A stretch of DNA of 32,000 bases, from positions 1,405 through 33,404 of the forward strand of contig BAAFSQ010000098.1 in NCBI GenBank assembly GCA_054661495.1, in the 5' to 3' direction. The number at the start of each line of letters is the position of its first letter. The stretch's first letter is position 1. Made by a program: the position numbers and the translations under genes. The notes beneath the pieces were generated by a model. The model was not told the DNA's origin. It ran no database searches and saw only the letters and a program-made list of their open reading frames with translations. This DNA is from Zygophlyctis sp. KS116. Lineage: Eukaryota; Fungi; Chytridiomycota. Shown here one piece after another: positions 11,115-20,784 of the stretch.

Positions 11115-13444
11115 ATGACTGAGAAGCTAAAGTATAAAAGAGTTTTGGGAGAATGGGTACTGGGAAAGACTCTAGGACAGGGATCAATGGGGAAAGTGAA
11201 ACTTGCTTTTAATGCAAAATCTAGAGAAAAGGTATTGAAGATTGCTTAATGCATAGCTGGCTTGTAAGATCATACATCGTCCGGCAGATTCTCCAGATCT
11301 ACCGAATGGAGTGAAAATGATTGGTCCGATCACAGAAGTAAAGGATCTTGTGTTATCCGGTCAAGTTAAAAAATCTATAGGAATTAAAAAGGATGCATTT
11401 GATAATTCTAGGCTATTAAGAGAAATCGGAGTTTCTCTTCTTTTAGATCATGACAATATAGTAAAACTAAAGTTTATATATATGGATGCAGAAAATTATT
11501 ATCTATTTTTTCAGTGTGTAGAAGGCGGTCAATTGTTGGATTTTATTATTTCTCATGGAATGCTAAATGAAAAACTATCTAGAAAGTTTTTAAGGCAGAT
11601 TTTAGGAGCAGTAGATTACTGTCATTCAAATTCAATAGTTCATAGGGATCTAAAAATCGAAAATATTTTAATCGATAAAAAGGGTACAATTCAATTAATT
11701 GATTTTGGATTGGCTAATTTTATTGATCCTTATAGTCATTTAGCTACTTTTTGTGGATCATTGTATTTTGCGGCACCAGAGGTTTTGGGAGCTAAAAAGT
11801 ATATAGGACCAGAAGTTGATATGTGGAGTATTGGAGTTATACTATATGTTTTAGTTACTGGAAAAGTTCCTTTTGATGATATGACTCTTCCGGCTCTGCA
11901 TAAAAGGATCAAATCTGGTATTTATGATCCCCCAGCAGGAGTGACTCCAGAATGTTTTGACTTGATCTCAAAATTATTAGTCGTTGATCCAAAGAAACGA
12001 GCCTCAATGGAAGAAGTAAAAAGGCATCCTTGGGTTATGAAATATCACGAGGAACTTCCCGGAGGTAATAATACTAATTATCCTATTGTAAAACTTCCTT
12101 TAAATTCTAAAGTAGTCAAAAGGATGCAAGGTTTGGGCTTTGGAACTGAATCTGAAATAACAAAATATTTAGACACTTATCTAAAAGACAATAGATCTCA
12201 AGGTGTTCAGAAATGGTCTATTGGCGGAAGATGTATAATTTGTCCTGAATCGCCCATGTTTAGCATTTATAAGCTTACACTTAACAAGTATGAAAAATCA
12301 AAAAAGAATCTGAAACCCGATATAATAAGTAAAAATCGTCAAATATCTTCTACTCTCAATGATAAGGATAATCATAGGAAATCTATTTGGAATATTTTCA
12401 ACAAGAACAACTTTGATTCTGATGACACAATTAATATTCCAGATACTTCCAATACTGAAGAAAAAGAGAATGGAACTATAAAGCGCCACATTTCTTCGAA
12501 AATAATATCCAAAATGATGTTCACTCGTTCGAAACGGGATAAAAATGATACGGCCATTCATATATCTCCTGAAGGTAGGAGGAGTGAAAGTGGTGACTTT
12601 GCACGACCAAGTGTAGATATTTCAAAGGAGATGACCTTTTCACGAAATAGTTCAAAAACTTCCAAAAAAAGTTTGGATATATCCAGGGAAAGTATAGATA
12701 TTACTCGACCTTCAGAAGATGGTAATAGGATTTCTTCAAAATCATTGGATCTTAGAAGAGATACTTCTAGTAGATATTCAGAATCAGGCTTCTTTGGAAC
12801 ATTGAAATTCGGCAAGATTTGGTCAAGAACGCAAATGGATTTGAAGAACTCTAAAACCGAGTCTCGAAGAGGATCTAGGCTATTTTCTCCATCTATGGCT
12901 GCCATCAAGACGTTTTCATCTAGAATATTCTCTAAAAAAGAAGTAAGTGCACCTTCTCAAAATATCGCCGGAGCTGCGACTTTGGACATAAAAACATCAT
13001 ACTTAAGCGGTATATTTACCATCAGAAATACGACCAGTCTACCTGTCATTACTATTCGCCAAGAATTGATCAAGGCTTTTTCCAGAGTGCCAAATTTAGA
13101 AATAATCGAGCAGAAAGGATACTTTTTTTGCAAATATTATGATACCGCACCAATAGCTTTTGTGGAACAAAAAGGATTTTTCTTTAGTCTGGGAAGAAAG
13201 GGAAAAAATCATATGGTTGAGCCAATGCAAAAGAAACAAGATAGTATGATGAAACATGCTGAATTAACTACTTCAAAGCCCAAAGCTCAGTTTGAAGTAT
13301 TTATACGTAAGATTCCCTTTTCTTCAATGCATGGTATACAATTCAATAAAATATCGGGCGATGCCTATAAGGTAACTTTATTAGAATATTAACTTCAAGT
13401 ACAAGAAGGTATGTGCTCAAGTTCTTTCTATGGCATCTCTGTGA
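11115..13444 (+). CDS. KIN1: Kin1/Kin2 (PAR-1/MARK family) Ser/Thr kinase with C-terminal KA1 domain
   Basis: LGQGSMGKVKLA, HRDLKIENILI, DFGLAN, TFCGSLYFAAPE, YIGPEVDMWS, GKVPFDD; KA1-like FEVFIRKIP...HGIQFNKISGDAYKYKKVCAQVL. Introns at 11232-11256 and near 13372-13399. Confidence 0.93.
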
Positions 13445-13509
13445 TAACTTTTTTACATTAGATTTAAATAACCCTAAAAAAGTAATATTAATACTATATT
13501 TGATTATTT

Positions 13510-16500
13510 TTAATCTTTCAGTTTAAGAAAGTTCATTTTGGCAGCAAGTAATGTAGAAATCTCAGCCTCGAAACCTTTTATCTAGTGATATGAACCAAAG
13601 CTTCAATAATTACCTTTGTTTCATTAGCTTCCCTTATTTTCAGAGGTGTCTTCTCATAACCTTCAGATTCCTTTTTCTTCACTAATGTATCGAGATTTGA
13701 TTGAATACTTTCAATTTTGTTGTCAATTTTCTTAACTTCTTCATCAAAGTTGATCATCCCTCGGACAAGCAAATAAACATTACAGTCTTCTGAAATATTA
13801 TACGGTGCGCAGCCATCTGGGGCCGAGGCGCCCTTCTTAACAGCATAAACATTATCACACCCCTTAATCATGGATGTAATAACCGACAAGTGTGATCCAA
13901 CCAAGCTAATAAAATGATCATTTATCGAATCAACATATACTATATTTCATTAGAATATAACTTAAAATACCTGTTGCTCCTTTCTTAATACCATAATCTG
14001 AAATTAGAGATCGTGAGGCGTGGATCACTTTATTGAGCATTTCAAATTGCTCTACGGCTCCTGTATTGTTCCATTCAATATTCTTTTCCATATTAATAGA
14101 AAAAAATTACCTCCATTGGGAAATCTGAGATCATGATAGATTCGCCTCGAAAAGTAGAATCAGGGTGTCTTGGTAATCTTTGATATAATTCTTCCGTAAC
14201 AAAAGGCATAAATGGATGCATAAGTTTCAGGCCATATTCAAGGCATGTATAAAGAGTTTCTTGAGTAGCAGCCTTAGCTCTTAAGTCATCGCCGTCCAAG
14301 ATGGGTTTACATATTTCCTAGGAAAATTAAAAGAAAAGATTGAATACCACATAAACATCACATAGATCATAGAGCCAGAATTGATGAATGGCAGAGGTGG
14401 CTTGCATAAAATTCATCTGTTCCAAATTCGAGTCAATATCTTTTATGGTAGAATTAAGTTTATGCAATATCCACAAATCCATTATTGATTCTCTTCCCGA
14501 AAACTAAACATTTGAGCCAAATTTAAATATCTTACTTCAAAGGATTTTTTAGGCTTATAATCGTCCCCTAGTTTCAATAAAGCAAACCGCGTAGCATTCC
14601 AAAGTTTGTTGCAGAACTTTCGGTAGCCATCAACGCGCAGAATGTCCAAATTAATGTCCCTTCCTGACGACGTATATGCTAGCAAGGTGAACCTAAGAGC
14701 GTCTGCACCACATTCAGGAATTCCATTTGGAAAATCCTGTTTTTGTCCTTGTTGAGCCTTTTTAACCTCACGAGGATCAAGATTTCCAATTAGCAGTCGC
14801 GCTTGCAATTCTTCCAGACTTATTCCACTAATTACATCTAATGGATCTATGACATTTCCAAGAGATTTAGACATTTTCCTTCCATGAGCATCTCGAACCA
14901 TGGCGTGGCAAAATACATTTGAAAAAGGTATCTTTCCGGTCAATTTAAGTCCTAACATGACCATGCGAGCTACCCAAAAGAATAAAATATCCCAACCAGT
15001 CTCCAAAAGGGTATTGGGATAGAAATGATCAAAATCTGGTGTCTTTTCAGGCCATCCCATAATTGAAAAAGGCCACAAGCCTGAAGAAAACCAGGTGTCT
15101 AAAACATCTTCGTCTTGATGGAGAGTTATGCTACTTTTACCCACCCCAGGAAACCTCTTGAGTGCTTTATCTAAGGCCTCGCTTTCTGATCTACCTGAAA
15201 CCCAACAACTCTCATCATCTCTTGAATTAGAAAGGCCTGAAACTTCAACAAAGTATGCGGGAATTCGATGTCCCCACCACAATTGGCGTGAAATGCACCA
15301 GTCTTGAATATTTTCAAGCCATCTAAACCATTCATTTTCTGAAGTCTGTGGAGAGATTTTCAATTCACCTGAACGAACGGCCTCCATTGCGGGGATTGCC
15401 AAGTTGGAACAGTCTACCCACCATTGAGGCTTCATCAAAGGTTCAACTATATTTCCTGATCTTCCACATATAGGGATTACCATCTTATTATCTTCAGTCT
15501 TAATATAAAGACCTTTTTCTTTTAGTGCTTCTAAAATCGCAACACGAGCATCAAAGCGCTGCAACCCCTTAAAAGAGCCTCCATTTTCATTTATCTTTCC
15601 TTCATCAGTGAAAATATTAATAAACTCCAACTTATTTCTCTGTCCAACTTTGTAATCATTAAAATCATGAGCAGGTGTAATTTTGACAGCACCACTTCCA
15701 AATTCAGGATCTGGATATTCATCAGCAATAATGGGTACTCTTCTTTCCAAGAAAGGATGAATAGCCAATTTACCATGTAGATGCTATAAATTAAAAAACT
15801 TTTAAATCCATACCTTGTATCTATTATCTGACGGATGAACGGCAATAGCTGTATCCCCCAACATAGTCTCTAAACGAGTCGTAGCAACAATAATTCTTTC
15901 ATCTAAAATAAATCTACTAATATGTATACCTGAATTTTCAATTTCATAGGCAAATGAAATCAAAACTCCAAACTCATATTTTTTCTTTGGATCATGATCT
16001 GGTACTGCCATTAATGTTCTACCTTCCAACTCCTTATTTTCAACTTCCAAATTAGACAGCGCAGTTTTTAACTTGGTGCACCAATTAACCAATCTATTCG
16101 CCCTATAAATAACTTTTTCCTCGTGAAGACGAACAAAAGCCTCTGTTACAGCTTTACTTAGAGATGGATCCATTGTAAACTTTGCTCTTGACCAATCTGT
16201 GGAAGATCCTAATTTTTTCAATTGATTATAAATCCTTTCAACATAACTAAAATTAAAAGGATAAAAAATTACATATCTTTCCAGTCCATAACTTCATGAA
16301 TAAATGCTGATCGACCTAGTTCATGCCTTGTGATCCCTTTTTCCTTCATAAGCTTTTTTTCAACAACAACTTGTGTAGCTATACCTGCATGATCGCATCC
16401 AGGATTATACAAGACAGTTTTTCCCTTCATTCTATTCCATCTAATAAGACAATCCTGAATAGAATTAGTCAATGCATGACCTAGATGTAGAGAACCGGTT

Positions 16501-16850
16501 ACATTTGGCGGAGGAATAGGAATCACAAAAGTTCCTTTTTCACTTGGTTTCCCATTTGGCAACCAAGGCTCAAAATAAGCCTCCTTTTCCCACCATGAAT
16601 ACCATGATGATTCAACTTGCCTCGGTTTATAACCAGTAGCCATTACATCGGACAAATCCTTTTTGTTTCCGGGAACTGTCCGATCGACCCATTCTTCCTC
16701 TTTTGGTTGCGAACTGACCGACTCTTCCTTTTTAACAGACTTTTGACCGATTTTAGCCTTTTCTTCTGCCAACTTTGCCATCTTTGCCAAATACTTTTTA
16801 TTCTTGGCTTCATTCTTTAGAGAATTCTTTGATTTGGCAGCTTCACTCAT
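13510..16850 (-). CDS. VAS1: Valyl-tRNA synthetase
   Basis: [13 protein letters not shown] (HIGH-like), [40 protein letters not shown]; multiple micro-introns. Confidence 0.98.
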
Positions 16851-17058
16851 TGATCTCTTTAAACACTGGCCTAGTATTTTTTTCACCTTGTGCCTCAGTA
16901 GGGAATGTAAATTTGACAATGATTCTATTAAAAAATATCTACTTGGTATCTAAATTTAATCTACAAACTACTTCTAATTGACGGTCTTGGAGGCGCAGAA
17001 ACAAGATCTGATAGATCCAAGTGCTCAGCATGGCGTTAAAATCTATTTTTAGAATGGG

Positions 17059-17068
17059 CTATAAATAG
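17059..17068 (+). promoter_or_regulatory. TATA box (ctataaatag) upstream of the secreted LRR gene; duplicated at 20076-20085
   Basis: TATAAATA about 40 bp upstream of ATG 17102. Confidence 0.55.
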
Positions 17069-17101
17069 GTGGTTGCCGTAAAAGAAGGCATTTAAAAAAG
17101 T

Positions 17102-17501
17102 ATGCTATCAATTACATTCAAAAACACTATCTTACTCATGACAGTTGCTCTCTCTGCATTGATCACTAACGTTGATGCAGTGGCCAACTGTAACACTGCG
17201 TCGAACCAATGCTGTTGGGTACGTCAAGTTCGGACAGAACTGGGAGGGAATGAAAACAGTATTGCCAAATTCAATTGTTGTGGTAAAAAGGGAGTTCGTT
17301 GCGGCTCAGGAAATGTCACAGAACTAGACTGGAGAAGTCATGGACTTGATCCCACAAAAATTCCTACTCAAAGAGCGTTACTGAATTTGCCCGGACTTAA
17401 AGAAATGTAATATTTACTTTTAATTAATCATCAGAAAACTTGGAGCGATTTGCACAGATCAGAGTCTTCCTGGTGGAAGAAGTTGGTTATACTGCTCTTG
17501 A
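17102..17501 (+). CDS. Small secreted cysteine-rich protein with plant-type LRR N-cap and one LRR (copy 1, ~123 aa)
   Basis: Signal peptide, then CC...CCGKKGVRC...VTELDW...IP...LLNLPGLKEIKL, resembling LRRNT_2 plus a first LRR. A 28-nt intron (17407-17434) extends the ORF to TGA at 17499-17501. Confidence 0.75.
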
Positions 17502-17634
17502 GCACTGCATCATATGTCGCTAAACCAAAAAATGTTAACGAATGAAGCACCAACAATTGTACTTTTAGTGCTGTATTCAAAATAAGAAATGGTTTATGAC
17601 AAAAACTGAGTCTTTATTATTCACAATGAGCTAA

Positions 17635-17767
17635 TCATCTACTCAAATCATTCATTTTCCGATTTAATTTGCTGATTCTATCCCTATTTTCATCAGCACG
17701 ATCTTGTACTCTGTCCAATTGATGTCGTTGATTTTCTAATTCGTTATTCATTGATGCTCCCATCATT
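17635..17767 (-). pseudogene. Truncated Sec9 3' fragment (last 43 codons), fused in frame to insert sequence
   Basis: Identical to 20652-20784. Confidence 0.9.
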
Positions 17768-19782
17768 TTTACACAAGCATAGTTTTTCTCTACAAGTCTA
17801 TAAGAGGGTGTCAAGTGTGAAATATTTTCCGACATACCAAAGCAGATTACTCTGGTAAATCATCTTTTACCAGAGATTCCGCAGAACTTGGATCAGATTT
17901 CAAGAAGAGCCTCAGAGCCTCTCTTCGTCAACTAAAAATTTAAACATTCTAATCTGTCCATTGCCAAACAATCAATGCTTCTAATCATAAGTGTGAAACA
18001 TGAATTTCACTAGCGGCAGCTAAATCGAATCATAGTCTTTTCATGAATCCTGAAGCTCTGAATTTATCATCACAAATTAAATATAGCTTTCTTATCGAAG
18101 CAGTTTGACGTTAATTTATGGCAGCCAAATAGCATGCTGAAGGTAACCAAAAAATTTCTTTCTTGAAACAAAATGCCAAAGCGATTCCTCAATGTCGAAT
18201 ACTCTGGAAGTAAAACCAGTATATATGTCACTGACTTTGAAGACCTGAGTGAAGTACAGATAGCTGTCAAGGAAGCATTTTCTATTGATGTCGGTTTTGG
18301 TCTTATTCGACTCTACGACCTCCAAGGCCAGCTCATCACAGACTTGGACGACATCCCCAAAGACTATTACAAGAAGCTGAAGGATGGCGGTCTCTTTCTT
18401 GCTGTTCATTGTCCAAAACAAGAAACTGTGTCTGGTTCTTGTCCACCTAAACGAGCAAGGTCGGCTAGTAGTCTCGCAAGCAGAGCCAGCAATTGCACAG
18501 AATTGAATCAGGATTCTTTCATAGACAGAATTTTGGATAGAGATACCAATGGATGTGTTTTGACAGGAAAAGATGAACTGGATTGCCAGGCCTGTCATAT
18601 TGTTCCTTGGGTTTACTTTCAAAAATATGATTTGGTGGGGCAAGAAATCTGGAACAGTCTATTTCCTTTCAGTTGCTTCAACCCGGTTCATCAAGTGATG
18701 GATGTACGTAATGGTATATTGATGTGGGGCCCCCTTAATGCTCAGTTTGACAAATTCGCTTTTACTATCATTAAAAAGGGCAGTGTTTACGAAGTTGAAG
18801 CTCTTCATGAAGATGAAATGGAAACTCCAAAAAAAATCACGGCTAAGAAGATTCAAATTACGGTGGCTAAATTGGATGGGAAGCAGTTCAAGTTTGATGA
18901 TGACAAAAAGGATATCTGGCCAGGGGAGAAATTTCTTCAACTGCACAACCGAATCTTCCACAAAAAACGAGAAGCGAATAGACTTAGCGCTTCGGCGGAA
19001 GTTAAAGAAATGACGGAGGAGGATTCAGCTCAAACAATAACTGATGAACGAGAAGAGAGTATCATAAAGGTCAAAAATTGGGATGCTCTGTATAGTGCAC
19101 AAACTCATTATGTCAATAATACCTAGATTTACCGTATTATTTTTGACAGATTATCCAAAATATCCGCTTAACGATACAAAGAGATGTGTCATTCAATTGG
19201 ATTGTTTTTGTGAGTCTGGCACTGAGAGCTGCCTTTAATATTAGGCAATTAGATCCTGATAAGATTCTAAAAGCTAAAATCAGATTCTAATTAGATACTA
19301 AATGCCAAACGTTTTTGTTGAGAATAGAGAATCAAACGTCTCCGTGCTGATCAGGTTTTGTAGCGTAAGTGATAGATTCTGTCAGTTTATATTTTTAGAT
19401 GATTGATCGCAAAATATATATTAGTAATGTTAAATTCGGTGAGAAAAAAAGTACTATTGATATTATTTCATGTTTTGGCTCATGGAATTAAATGACTAGA
19501 CTGGCTCGGCATATCTTGATTGGAAAGGTAACACTAAAAGCCCAGAAAAGTGCCCGCAAACCATTGCCACAATAATCCGCTATCTTGAGACGATCACAAT
19601 TAATTTTAGTGTTACGGTGACTGGATCACAGAATTGAAAGAGGGGAACGAAGATAATTAACTTGGCGCAAATGATTTCCTTGAATGGAAGTTCTCATAAA
19701 CCCAACAACTTGACGGAGAAAGCACCCCACAATTGTGCTTTTAGTACAGAATTCAAAATAAAAATGGTTTATGACAAAAACC
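17768..19782 (+). mobile_element. 2015-bp inserted cassette carrying an HNH nuclease gene, between 1-kb direct repeats
   Basis: Unique sequence bounded exactly by the two repeat copies. No transposase, RT or clear TIR seen, so mobility is inferred. Confidence 0.6.
18173..19126 (+). CDS. Crinkler-like protein: ubiquitin-like header domain plus HNH_2-type endonuclease
   Basis: Intronless, 317 aa. Residues ~1-80 form a header (MPKRFLNVEY...IRLYDLQGQLITDLDDIP...GGLFLAVH). The nuclease pattern RDTNGCVLTG...ACHIVP...VRNGILM...NAQFDKFAFTI...WPGEKFLQLH is typical of fungal HNH_2 proteins. Confidence 0.85.
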   Translation: MPKRFLNVEYSGSKTSIYVTDFEDLSEVQIAVKEAFSIDVGFGLIRLYDLQGQLITDLDDIPKDYYKKLKDGGLFLAVHCPKQETVSGSCPPKRARSASSLASRASNCTELNQDSFIDRILDRDTNGCVLTGKDELDCQACHIVPWVYFQKYDLVGQEIWNSLFPFSCFNPVHQVMDVRNGILMWGPLNAQFDKFAFTIIKKGSVYEVEALHEDEMETPKKITAKKIQITVAKLDGKQFKFDDDKKDIWPGEKFLQLHNRIFHKKREANRLSASAEVKEMTEEDSAQTITDEREESIIKVKNWDALYSAQTHYVNNT

Positions 19783-19867
19783 CTGCCATCTTTGCCATCT
19801 TTGCCAAATACTTTTTATTCTTGGCTTCATTCTTTAGAGAATTCTTTGATTTGGCAGCTTCACTCAT
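19769..19867 (-). pseudogene. Truncated ValRS 5' fragment running into the insert
   Basis: [28 protein letters not shown] then GFLS-stop inside the insert end. Confidence 0.85.
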
Positions 19868-20784
19868 TGATCTCTTTAAACACTGGCCTAGTATTTTTTT
19901 CACCTTGTGCCTCAGTAGGGAATGTAAATTTGACAATGATTCTATTAAAAAATATCTACTTGGTATCTAAATTTAATCTACAAACTACTTCTAATTGACG
20001 GTCTTGGAGGCGCAGAAACAAGATCTGATAGATCCAAGTGCTCAGCATGGCGTTAAAATCTATTTTTAGAATGGGCTATAAATAGGTGGTTGCCGTAAAA
20101 GAAGGCATTTAAAAAAGTATGCTATCAATTACATTCAAAAACACTATCTTACTCATGACAGTTGCTCTCTCTGCATTGATCACTAACGTTGATGCAGTGG
20201 CCAACTGTAACACTGCGTCGAACCAATGCTGTTGGGTACGTCAAGTTCGGACAGAACTGGGAGGGAATGAAAACAGTATTGCCAAATTCAATTGTTGTGG
20301 TAAAAAGGGAGTTCGTTGCGGCTCAGGAAATGTCACAGAACTAGACTGGAGAAGTCATGGACTTGATCCCACAAAAATTCCTACTCAAAGAGCGTTACTG
20401 AATTTGCCCGGACTTAAAGAAATGTAATATTTACTTTTAATTAATCATCAGAAAACTTGGAGCGATTTGCACAGATCAGAGTCTTCCTGGTGGAAGAAGT
20501 TGGTTATACTGCTCTTGAGCACTGCATCATATGTCGCTAAACCAAAAAATGTTAACGAATGAAGCACCAACAATTGTACTTTTAGTGCTGTATTCAAAAT
20601 AAGAAATGGTTTATGACAAAAACTGAGTCTTTATTATTCACAATGAGCTAATCATCTACTCAAATCATTCATTTTCCGATTTAATTTGCTGATTCTATCC
20701 CTATTTTCATCAGCACGATCTTGTACTCTGTCCAATTGATGTCGTTGATTTTCTAATTCGTTATTCATTGATGCTCCCATCATT
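19783..20784 (+). repeat. 1002-bp direct repeat, copy 2
   Basis: Matches 16766-17767. Confidence 0.97.
20119..20518 (+). CDS. Small secreted cysteine-rich LRR-cap protein (copy 2, identical)
   Basis: Identical to 17102-17501. Confidence 0.75.

Larger units (their letters stand above)
16766..17767 (+). repeat. 1002-bp direct repeat, copy 1 (ValRS 5' end and promoter, secreted LRR gene, Sec9 3' end)
   Basis: Matches 19783-20784 at a constant offset of 3017. The only difference I found by eye is 16772 A vs 19789 T. Confidence 0.97.

Noticed and set aside
12298-12908. Minus-strand ORFs inside the kinase, and similar shadow ORFs in TBC1D7, KAP3, TTLL6 and the PAS gene
   Set aside because: They are antisense or alternate frames of well-supported genes.
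18070-19013. Overlapping ORFs in the HNH gene (18116-18643 minus and others) as antitoxins
   Set aside because: They are shadow frames with no recognisable motifs. They are not strictly excluded, given possible antisense transcription.
17768-19782. Terminal inverted repeats or LTR-retrotransposon interpretation
   Set aside because: The ends share only scattered short matches (gttttt, gtcaagt). The direct repeats are host gene sequence without TG..CA ends, and there is no RT, integrase or transposase.
19662-19998. Plus-strand ORFs spanning the right junction (and 16775-16981)
   Set aside because: They are mostly antisense to the ValRS 5' region and look like by-products of the junction.
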